A stretch of DNA of 64,000 nt from assembly GCA_965206645.1 (NCBI GenBank), contig CBDBKE010000002.1, positions 608,001 through 672,000 of the forward strand. The letters are read 5' to 3'. The stretch's first letter is position 1, and each line of letters begins with the position of its first letter. Under the pieces are notes generated by a model that was not told the origin of the DNA, searched no databases, and saw only the letters and a list, made by a program, of their open reading frames with translations. A program made the position numbers and the translations under genes. Origin of the DNA: Terriglobia bacterium. GTDB taxonomy: Bacteria; Acidobacteriota; Terriglobia; JAJPHL01; JAPKYU01. This document shows positions 1-7,659 of the stretch, piece after piece.

Positions 1-2
1 AC

Positions 3-1031
3 ACGGGGCAGATCCGCTACTGTGTCATCGTTGGAACCGGTCCGAGTGCGCTGGAGGTAGCGCGGCTGATCGAAGCCAACGAGGAGCTGGGCGCGCAGGT
101 GCTGGCATTCGTACGCGAGCGGCCCGGGACCGTCTCCAACGGGGCGCCCGCCGAGGGGGCGGCGATGGAAGCCAGCGGCTTGCGCCGTGCTTACCCGATC
201 CGGGACCGCCAGCAGCTGCCCCAGATGCTGCACGAACACGTGGTGGATGAAATCATTTTCGCGGTCTCCAAGCAGGATCTGGAGCAGATGGAGGAGATTT
301 TCCTGGCCTGCGAGGAAGAAGGGGTCAAGGCTCGGGTGCTGGTGAACTTTTTCCCGCACCTGTCCTCGGAAATCTACCTGGAGAAGTTGCAGTGGCTACC
401 GCTGTTGACCTTCAGCACCACGCCGGAAAACGAATACCTGCTGTTCCTGAAGCGGGTTCTTGACGTGATGCTGGCCTCGGTGCTGCTGCTGCTGCTGGCC
501 CCGCTGTTTCTGCTGGTGGCTGCGGCCATCCGGCTCACCTCGCCCGGTCCGGTCATCTTTTCCCAGGTGCGCTGCGGGCTGAACGGGCGTCGTTTCCGCC
601 TCCACAAGTTCCGCTCCATGTATCAGGACGCCACCGCGCGATTTGCCGAAGTGGAGTACCTGAACGAGATGGACGGCCCGGTGTTCAAGTCCTCCCGTGA
701 TCCGCGGGTCACGCCAGTGGGACGGCTGCTGCGAAAATTCTCCGTAGACGAATGGCCGCAACTGCTCAACATTCTGAAGGGCGACATGTCCTTTGTCGGC
801 CCGCGCCCTCCCCTTCCCGAAGAGGTGCAAAAGTATGAGCGCTGGCAGCGCCGCCGCCTGCGCATGAAGCCGGGCCTGACTTGCCTGTGGGCCCTGGAGG
901 GGCGCAATAAGTTGGATTTCCTGAGCTGGATGCGGCTGGACCTACACTACATTGATCATTGGAGCCTGCTGCTGGACCTCAAGATCCTGCTCCGTACCAT
1001 TCCACACGTGCTGTCAGGGAAAGGCGCCTAG
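3..1031 (+). CDS. Polyprenyl glycosylphosphotransferase (WcaJ/WbaP-type priming sugar transferase), 5'-partial
   Basis: Frame is open from the window start (TGQIRYCVIVGTG Rossmann-like strand). C-terminal bacterial sugar transferase motifs KFRSM, DPRVT, LRKFSVDEWPQ, GDMSFVGPRP, KPGLT, DLHYI. Confidence 0.93.
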   Translation, partial: TGQIRYCVIVGTGPSALEVARLIEANEELGAQVLAFVRERPGTVSNGAPAEGAAMEASGLRRAYPIRDRQQLPQMLHEHVVDEIIFAVSKQDLEQMEEIFLACEEEGVKARVLVNFFPHLSSEIYLEKLQWLPLLTFSTTPENEYLLFLKRVLDVMLASVLLLLLAPLFLLVAAAIRLTSPGPVIFSQVRCGLNGRRFRLHKFRSMYQDATARFAEVEYLNEMDGPVFKSSRDPRVTPVGRLLRKFSVDEWPQLLNILKGDMSFVGPRPPLPEEVQKYERWQRRRLRMKPGLTCLWALEGRNKLDFLSWMRLDLHYIDHWSLLLDLKILLRTIPHVLSGKGA

Positions 1032-1043
1032 GAGAGCGGAACC

Positions 1044-1547
1044 CTAGCGCCGGTTCATGATCATCTCGTCCATGGACCACCGCCAGCCGCCCGCGGTGCC
1101 GAAGATCACCAACAGTGCGGCAATGAACAGGCCGTTCACGACCGTGGTGACGATGCCGTTGCCCACCGCAGCCAGCAGGAAGAGCACCTGCATCAGGATG
1201 GCGGCCATGGATGCCACGCGCGTGCCTAATCCCAGTAGCAGCATGGAGCCCAGCAGCAGCTCGGCGCCCAGCACCAGCCAGGCAAAAATGTGGGCATGGG
1301 GGATCACGAAGGAGTCGAGCAGCCAGCCGGCTACATACAGGGAGTTTTTCTCGGCGAGGGCTTGCAACGTCTCAGGAAAGCCGGTTAGGAATCCGTCCCC
1401 TAGCTTGCTTATAAAGGTGAAGAGATAGGTCAAGCCCACGGCGATGCGCAGGAAGGCCAGCCACCGACGCATCGTCTCTGGCTCCGGGCCCAAGAGAGCG
1501 CGTCTCATTTCGCGCGGGTTGCGGGCCCAATCCGAATAAACTGACAC
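1044..1547 (-). CDS. DoxX-family membrane protein
   Basis: Four hydrophobic segments; LRIAVG, AELLLG.MLLLGLGTR and terminal WSMD motifs typical of DoxX. Confidence 0.8.
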   Translation of the reverse strand: MSVYSDWARNPREMRRALLGPEPETMRRWLAFLRIAVGLTYLFTFISKLGDGFLTGFPETLQALAEKNSLYVAGWLLDSFVIPHAHIFAWLVLGAELLLGSMLLLGLGTRVASMAAILMQVLFLLAAVGNGIVTTVVNGLFIAALLVIFGTAGGWRWSMDEMIMNRR

Positions 1548-1892
1548 GTACCCTATCCCCGCCCACCAAAGCGCTAACCTCTAAGGAGCAAAAACCCCCT
1601 TTTACCATGATAACAAACCTGGAATCGTTCGGAAAGGCCCAAATTGGGCCTGCTTCTTCTCAAAGTGGTAACTGGGTGCCGAGGACGGCTAAGGTCAATG
1701 TAATGCCGGAACTATCGGCTGTTGTGGGGAGTCAGTGGCACGGAATCTTCGCTCGGCTCCAGGCCCAGAAAGCAACCCCGGGGCAGGCGGGATCATGAGC
1801 TGACCAGACCGATTTTTTGTACCAACCGTAGTGAGAGTTTACATCGCAGCCTGGGGCTGTGAAACTGGTTTCAGTGGCAGGGGAGGGCTATA

Positions 1893-3286
1893 GAGCCTGT
1901 GTGGAAACTCGGTTTAGCTGGCTGGAAATCAAAAGGGATCATGATTCGCTCCAGAATTCTGGTGTTTCGATCTTCGCCGAGTCGCCGGTCCGGGAGTCTG
2001 CTGAACTAGCCTTCCTGATTTAGCTTCGGTTTGTTGCGCCACAGGCGGGTGAGGTTGAAGGCCGTTGCGGCCAGCGCGAACTCCACCGCGACCTTCTCCA
2101 GGCCCCGCCGCCGGAACTGCCGCATTCCACGCTGTTCTTTCAAAACCCCGATCACTGGTTCCACGATCGCCTTGCGCCGCTGATAAACCGCCCGGCCGGC
2201 CGGGTCGCGCAGCTTGCGTCGCATTCGCCGATGTTCCGGATGCCGTACAGCAGGTGCTCCGGGCGCGCGTTGGCCTCGGTTCAGTTCCCGCGCCAAGTTC
2301 GAGTCGGGCACATAGACGTCCAGGCCACGCTGGGCCAGTTCCACGATGGTCTCCAAGCAAAAGAAGCCGCTGTCGGCGCTGACCTTCTGCGGGCGTTCCC
2401 GGCAGCGCCGCTCGACCGCCTCCACCAGAGGGACCAGCGTCGCGTTGTCGGTGGCGTTTTGCCCCACGTGCTGCTCGACAATCAGATGATCTTCGCTGAC
2501 CGCCACCTCCGCCGTGTAACCCAGCGTGAATCCCTTGCGGTCGCGCAAAAACCGGCTGTCGGGATCGGTTTCCGAACGCCGCTTCAGCCCGCTTTTGCGC
2601 AACCGCTCCAGGCATCGCGGGATTTCTTCCAGCCGCTTCTCCAGCGCTGCCATCTGCTTGCCGCTCAGTTGCTGGCCAGCCGCTTCCTCGCAGGACTGCG
2701 TGTCACATTGTTTCTGCCAGCGACGAATCTGCCGCCGAATTTTGGCTCGCTCTGCCCTCAACTTGGCCACCGTCTCCACCCGGTCCTGCGAGGCGTTGGC
2801 CGCCACCCGCGTCGAGTCCATGGCCACGTGTCCCAGCCGCCCCATCCCCAGCGACCGCGCCAACTCCACCACCTGTGTGAACAGATCGTTCAGGGCACGG
2901 GCGTGCCGCGTCCGAAACTGGTTCAGCGTCCAAAAGTCCGGCCCCGCTCCGGCCGCCAGATAACGGAACGCCAGGTCCTCCCGCACCCGCTGTTCCAGAC
3001 GGCGGGCCGAGGTCACGCCCAGCGCGTAGGCATACAGCCACACCTTCAGCAACAGCGCCGGATGATAGGCCGGGCGGCCTTCTTCCACGTAGCCCTGCTC
3101 AAACGCACTCAGTTCCAGCCGCTCCACGACTTGGTGCACAAAAAAACAGATGTGATCTTCTCCCAGCACCTCCCGCACGCTGGGCGGTAGCAGATACGCT
3201 TGCTCCGGGTTGTAGGTCAAGAATTTCATCGCGCCCCCTTAAGGCGCATTATACGTGACTCGCAAGAGCGGTTTTCACACAGACTC
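1893..3286 (-). mobile_element. IS1182-family insertion sequence with 4-bp TSD TATA
   Basis: IRs GAGCCTGTGTGGAAAC (from 1893) and the reverse complement GAGTCTGTGTGAAAAC (ending 3286); TATA at 1889-1892 and 3287-3290. Confidence 0.9.
2006..3229 (-). CDS. IS1182-family transposase
   Basis: N-terminal LLPPS...GRPAYHPALLLKVWLYAY...PDFWT (DUF772-like); DDE region with DST, ADSGF and RKAIVEPVIG.LK...FRRRG. Confidence 0.92.
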   Translation of the reverse strand: MKFLTYNPEQAYLLPPSVREVLGEDHICFFVHQVVERLELSAFEQGYVEEGRPAYHPALLLKVWLYAYALGVTSARRLEQRVREDLAFRYLAAGAGPDFWTLNQFRTRHARALNDLFTQVVELARSLGMGRLGHVAMDSTRVAANASQDRVETVAKLRAERAKIRRQIRRWQKQCDTQSCEEAAGQQLSGKQMAALEKRLEEIPRCLERLRKSGLKRRSETDPDSRFLRDRKGFTLGYTAEVAVSEDHLIVEQHVGQNATDNATLVPLVEAVERRCRERPQKVSADSGFFCLETIVELAQRGLDVYVPDSNLARELNRGQRAPGAPAVRHPEHRRMRRKLRDPAGRAVYQRRKAIVEPVIGVLKEQRGMRQFRRRGLEKVAVEFALAATAFNLTRLWRNKPKLNQEG

Positions 3287-4115
3287 TATAGGCCCCCGGC
3301 GCCGGGGGCCTATAGCCGAGCGCCGAGTGCGGCCGCACCGTGTTGTATTGCACCCTCCACTGTTCAATCACCACCTGTGCCTCCTTCAACGAGTAGAAGA
3401 TCTCTCCATTCAGGCATTCGTCCCGCAGCTTCCCATTGAAACTCTCGCAGTACCCGTTCTCCCAGGGACTGCCCGGTTCGATGTACAGTGTCCCGGTCCC
3501 TAGATTTGCCAACCACTGGCGCAGTTGTTTGGCGATGAACTCGGGACCATTGTCGGATCGAATCTGTTCCGGTATCCCTCGCCACAACATCACGTCCGAC
3601 AACGCCTCAATGATTTGTTGGCTGCCCATCCTCCGCTCCACCCGGATCGCCAGGCATTCCCGCGTGTACTCATCCAGCAAGGTCAGCAGCCGCAGCGTTC
3701 TCCCCTCGTGCGTTCTGGCACTCATGAAGTCGTAGCTCCACACGTGGTTCGGTCGCTCCGGCCTCAGTCGTACACAGGAACCGTCGTTCAGCCACAGCCG
3801 TCCTCGCGGCCTTTGTTTTTGCGGCACTTTCAGCCCTTCCCGCCGCCAAATCCGCTGCACCCGGTCCTTGCCCACTTCCCAGCCCGCACTCCGCAGCAAC
3901 GCTGTGATCCTCCGGTAGCCATATCGCCCGTACTTCGCTCCCAGGGCAATGATCGCTCGGGTCAGAGCATCCTCGTCCACCCGATGAATCGGCTCGTATC
4001 GTTGTGTCCCTCGCCATTGCCCCAGCAGCCGGCAGGCATGCCGTTCCGACAACCCGTGTTGCTCCCACGCACGCTCCACCGCACAACGCCGCCGCTCAGG
4101 GCTCAGAAGTTTCCC
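3249..4115 (-). CDS. IS3 transposase OrfB (rve integrase domain); native C-terminal 16 aa displaced to 1839-1892
   Basis: YGYRRI, NHVWSYDF, DEYTREC, SDNGPEF, PGSPWENGYCESFNGKLRDE, RPHSALGY. The -1 slippery heptamer GGGAAAC is at 4115-4109. Confidence 0.9.
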   Translation of the reverse strand, partial: GKLLSPERRRCAVERAWEQHGLSERHACRLLGQWRGTQRYEPIHRVDEDALTRAIIALGAKYGRYGYRRITALLRSAGWEVGKDRVQRIWRREGLKVPQKQRPRGRLWLNDGSCVRLRPERPNHVWSYDFMSARTHEGRTLRLLTLLDEYTRECLAIRVERRMGSQQIIEALSDVMLWRGIPEQIRSDNGPEFIAKQLRQWLANLGTGTLYIEPGSPWENGYCESFNGKLRDECLNGEIFYSLKEAQVVIEQWRVQYNTVRPHSALGYRPPAPGAYRVCVKTALASHV

Positions 4116-4381
4116 TGTGCCACATCCCGCAGCACCTGCTTCTCCAGAGAAAGCTCCGCTACCAACCGCTTCAGCCGCGTGTTTTCCTTCTCCAACTCCT
4201 TTAGCCGTTTTGCCTGCACCACCTTCAGCCCGCCGTATTCCTTCCGCCACCGGTAGTAGGTTTGGGTGTGGATTCCAGCTTCTTTGCAGGCTTGGGGCGC
4301 AGTCTTCCCGTTCCCCATCTGCACTTCTATCTGCCGTAGCACCGCTACAATCTGCTCCGGCTTGTAACTCCTTGTCGGCAT
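4103..4381 (-). CDS. IS3 transposase OrfA (HTH)
   Basis: YKPEQIV...TYYRWRKEYGG...LKELEKENTRLKRLVAEL; overlaps the start of orfB. Confidence 0.92.
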   Translation of the reverse strand: MPTRSYKPEQIVAVLRQIEVQMGNGKTAPQACKEAGIHTQTYYRWRKEYGGLKVVQAKRLKELEKENTRLKRLVAELSLEKQVLRDVAQGNF

Positions 4382-4448
4382 GACCTCACTTCCTCCTCAA
4401 GTGGATTCTCTCTCTTTCCACTTGGTACAAAAAGTGCCGGTCAGGTCA

Positions 4449-5042
4449 GAACGATGGGTCGTGTCTTCGGTTAAGACCGTGCTGGCGGGATCATGTCTGG
4501 GCGTACGATTTTGTGGCAGATCGAACCCGGGACGGTCGTCCCCTGAAGATGTTGACGGTGGTGGATGAGTACACGCGAGAATGTTTGGCGATCAACGTAG
4601 GACGGCGAGCTGATTCGATGAGTGTCTTGGAACGGCTGGCAGCCTTGTTTGTGGAGCGAGGAGTTCCCGATTACATTCGCTCGGACAATGGGTCCGAGTT
4701 CACAGCACGGTTGGTTCGGAACTGGCTGGAGCGGGTAGGGGTAAAGACCTTGTTCATCGAGCCGGGGAGCCCATGGGAAAACGGGTATGTAGAATCGTTG
4801 AACGGGAAGTTTCGAGACGAGTTTCTCAATGGAGAGATCTTCTACACCTTGCGGGAAGCGAAGGTGTTGATTGAGGGATGGCGACGGGAGTATAACAAAG
4901 TTCGCCCGCACAGCGCGTTGGGCTACCGGCCGCCAGCCCCGGAAGCGATCTTGCCGTTACCGCCGGGTTCCGCTCCGCTCCACCCGGCTGCAACGGCTTA
5001 TGGACTAACATAAAAAGTGGACCAACAACCGGGGGCAGGTCA
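4449..5042 (+). pseudogene. 5'-truncated second IS3 element (OrfB C-terminal half plus right IR)
   Basis: Begins mid-gene at NDGSCLRLRP right after the neighbouring IS3 end. DDE motifs run to the stop at 5013; ends with the IR GTGGACCAACAACCGGGGGCAGGTCA at 5042. Confidence 0.88.
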
Positions 5043-5192
5043 GAGTTCGCCAGCAGGATCGGAATCAGTCAGAACTACTTGTCAGCCATGGAACGTGGCA
5101 AGGTTCAAATGGGAGCTGGAATTTTGCTCAGAATCAGCCAGGAGTTCGGAAAGTCCATCGAGTGGTTGTTGACGGGGCAGGAGAAGGGCTGA
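5043..5192 (+). pseudogene. C-terminal remnant of XRE/Cro-CI helix-turn-helix regulator
   Basis: Translates to EFASRIGISQNYLSAMERGKVQMGAGILLRISQEFGKSIEWLLTGQEKG*. No start codon; cut by the IS3 end. Not in the ORF track. Confidence 0.8.
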
Positions 5193-5225
5193 AGGAAGGT
5201 CTCCTCCCTTCAATGCTTCAGCACC

Positions 5226-5263
5226 TTGACGAATAAAACGTTTCAGTATATTCTTGTTTTATT
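5226..5263 (+). promoter_or_regulatory. Sigma70-like promoter with overlapping inverted repeat (candidate operator)
   Basis: TTGACG (5226)-17 bp-TATTCT (5249); IR AATAAAAC (5232-5239) and GTTTTATT (5256-5263). Confidence 0.55.
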
Positions 5264-5457
5264 GCCGGGGGGTGGTCCATGTGCAAGTCCCCGAGAATAC
5301 AAACCCCGCCAGCTTGGACCTGCCGTGTTTGTGTGACCGGCGCTGAGTTTCCATCAAGAATCCCGGGCAGCGCAAACCCTCTTTTCTAGTGGCAACATTG
5401 GCCCGTAGATAACTCAGCACTCACCGCGAAGGTTCAGTGTAAGGAGGTTGGAACAGA

Positions 5458-5964
5458 ATGATAGCGACCCGAGAGAAGAAACCCACTACAGCGGAAGCTC
5501 AGTCCACTGCAGGACGTGGTCGCAACGGCAGGTTCCTGCCGAAGTCCAGCGGCAACACCGCAGGAAGGCCCAAGGGCAGCCGAAACAAAACGACCTTGGC
5601 CGCCCAGGCATTGTTGGACGGCGAAGCCGAGGCTTTAACACGCAAGGCGATCGAAAAGGCAATGTCCGGTGACCCGGTTGCATTGCGTCTGTGCCTCAAG
5701 CGCATCCTTCCTCGGCGCGAGGATCGATTGGTTGAATTGTCGCTCCCCAAGGTTGAGACAGCCACCGAGGTCGCTTCTGCCCTAGACACGGTGATCCATG
5801 CAGTGGCAGCTGGGATTCTTACGCCCGGCGAGGGCGAAACAATCGCTCGGATGCTCGAGACGCATGGAAGATTGATCGAGGCAGCCGAACTCGGGCGGCG
5901 CATAGGGGAGCTGGAGAACAAAGTCCAGGAGATGGAGCGGTCGCTTCCGAAGACTTGGCCATGA
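5458..5964 (+). CDS. DUF5681-like protein (phage/island associated)
   Basis: GRFLPKSSGNTAGRPKGSRNK signature followed by AIEKAMSGD..ALRLCL; RBS AAGGAGG upstream. Confidence 0.75.
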   Translation: MIATREKKPTTAEAQSTAGRGRNGRFLPKSSGNTAGRPKGSRNKTTLAAQALLDGEAEALTRKAIEKAMSGDPVALRLCLKRILPRREDRLVELSLPKVETATEVASALDTVIHAVAAGILTPGEGETIARMLETHGRLIEAAELGRRIGELENKVQEMERSLPKTWP

Positions 5965-6284
5965 ACTCGCAGAAACGCCTAGATCATCTGGAACAGCGTA
6001 TAGGTGTTCTTGAGGAGAAGCATGCGCGTTTATTGGCTTCGGGACAGCTTAGGAACTTCGGTGCTGCAATGGGGCTGCTCACCCATGAAGAGAGACACCA
6101 ATTAGATGAGATTGCCAAGGCCACAGAGGAGCGAGAAGAACCCGCACGGCTGCGGAAACAACGTGCGGATTCGCTTGCGGCCGAACAAACGGCTCAAGAG
6201 ATGCGGGACCTTATCAGGCTTTCAGAGGAGCAGGGCTTAATAAAGAAACGTCCTAGCGCGGATCGCAAACCGCACGACAGATAA
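5961..6284 (+). CDS. Hypothetical coiled-coil protein
   Basis: ATGA overlap with the upstream stop (translational coupling); RLDHLEQRI heptads. Confidence 0.6.
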   Translation: MNSQKRLDHLEQRIGVLEEKHARLLASGQLRNFGAAMGLLTHEERHQLDEIAKATEEREEPARLRKQRADSLAAEQTAQEMRDLIRLSEEQGLIKKRPSADRKPHDR

Positions 6285-6402
6285 TCTGGCAAGTTCCGAG
6301 TCGGCAAGAGCTTAATGTTGGACTCGTCGGCAGGGGGCTACGTATGCCCTGCTGTCCTCAACCGCTCAACCGGTCTGCCCTGTTCCTGGCCTGTTTTTCC
6401 AG

Positions 6403-6924
6403 GTGAACTTCTCCGCTCGGCGCTTATCAAGGGCGATGGGACCGCGTCTCACGGACAGCCTCAATGTCGGGCACGAAAGTCTCGGAATCGAGGACGTTAG
6501 GGCGTGCCCTGGGATAAGATCTGGCTTTGTCCAACCAGCGAATGGACCGGGGGTTGGTGTGGTCTTCTGTCCCCAGTGCTTTAGCTCCGACGTCAGGCGC
6601 TCCCATCGGCGGGTCCCATTCCTGCGTGCCAACAGCTGCCGGGCTTGTGGCAAGCGTTTCTTGCGAGGGGGAAGACCACCCTTTGCCTGCTGCCCCAGGT
6701 GTGGTGGGAGCGAAGTCCAAGTGACTTCGCGAAACCGGGCGCCGAAGGGAGTGGCCATCACCCTCCGGCGTCTGTTGGGAAGTTGTAGCTATCGGTGTTC
6801 CAACTGCCGACACCATTTTCTGGACTCCCGTCGTCTTCGCTCGAAATTTGAACCTCAGCTTGGGCAGTCCGGCGGGAGTTCCAACACGGAATTCGCCACG
6901 GGAAGGCGGCGGAAGAAGGGCTAA
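6403..6924 (+). CDS. Hypothetical double zinc-ribbon protein (start uncertain)
   Basis: Four CxxC motifs (CPQC, CRAC, CPRC, CSNC) arranged as two ribbons. Confidence 0.6.
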   Translation: MNFSARRLSRAMGPRLTDSLNVGHESLGIEDVRACPGIRSGFVQPANGPGVGVVFCPQCFSSDVRRSHRRVPFLRANSCRACGKRFLRGGRPPFACCPRCGGSEVQVTSRNRAPKGVAITLRRLLGSCSYRCSNCRHHFLDSRRLRSKFEPQLGQSGGSSNTEFATGRRRKKG

Positions 6925-7037
6925 CACTTCACTCACTAAAATCAACGTGTCGCCAGTAGCCGTGCCCTTTCGCTCCGAAGTCTCGTGACTCAGGACACTG
7001 GTTTACTGCCACATAAACGTTTGGGCGAGGAAACTGG

Positions 7038-7563
7038 ATGGCGCAGGCAATTGTACTTTTCGCCAGTGAGGCTGCAAGCAACGGCCGGGGGTTAGGAGAA
7101 GAAATGAAAATGCGCGTCCGCCTCGTTCTCGCTGAACTTCGGAAGGAACCCGACAGACACATTTTCTTCACCAGGGGTGCGCCAGGACATGAGCCCCCGG
7201 AGCTTTTCTCTAACCTTGTGTGCAAGGAACTCGAAGAAGGTGACATTGCTCCCGATAAGGATAAAAGTTTTTGGTAGTGCTCGAAGTACCGCCAGCGAGA
7301 TTGATGCCGCGGAGCAATTCCTATCCGAGCAACCGAAATACAATCAGATATATGCGGCCAGTACCTGGTATCACGTGCCGAGAATTCGACTCCTGTGGCT
7401 CCTGAGGCACCGACGGAGAACCGGTTCCCTCCATCTTTGGATGTTTAGGAAGTGTGTCCTGAAACGGGCAGCACTAGAGCTCTTGAAACTGCTTCTCATT
7501 CCGCTGCCGGCCGGTACTCAAGACCGCTTGGGTCAACGTATGCGAGCCCTCGGGTTGATGTAG
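7038..7563 (+). pseudogene. Frameshifted YdcF/ElyC (DUF218)-like gene
   Basis: Removing one base at about 7259 joins GDIAPDK to IKVFGSARSTASE...ASTWYHVPR, matching the DUF218 motifs. Confidence 0.6.
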
Positions 7564-7659
7564 TAGCGTGCCGGTAGGAATGCCTATTGTCAGCCGACGC
7601 TTCCCTGCACCGGGGCATCGCAGGCTTGCTTGCACACCGATCCAGCTCCCCTTGGCGGT

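Larger units (their letters stand above)
1801..4448 (-). mobile_element. IS3-family element (about 1.25 kb net) interrupted by an IS1182
   Basis: Imperfect terminal IRs TGACCAGACCGATTTTTTGTACCAA (from 1801) and the reverse complement TGACCTGACCGGCACTTTTTGTACCAA (ending 4448); orfA/orfB organisation. Flanks GAGC and GAAC are not an exact TSD. Confidence 0.9.

Noticed and set aside
1607-1798. 63-aa ORF as the missing N-terminus of the XRE regulator or IS3-b
   Set aside because: Its translation shows no HTH or transposase similarity and does not join either truncated frame.
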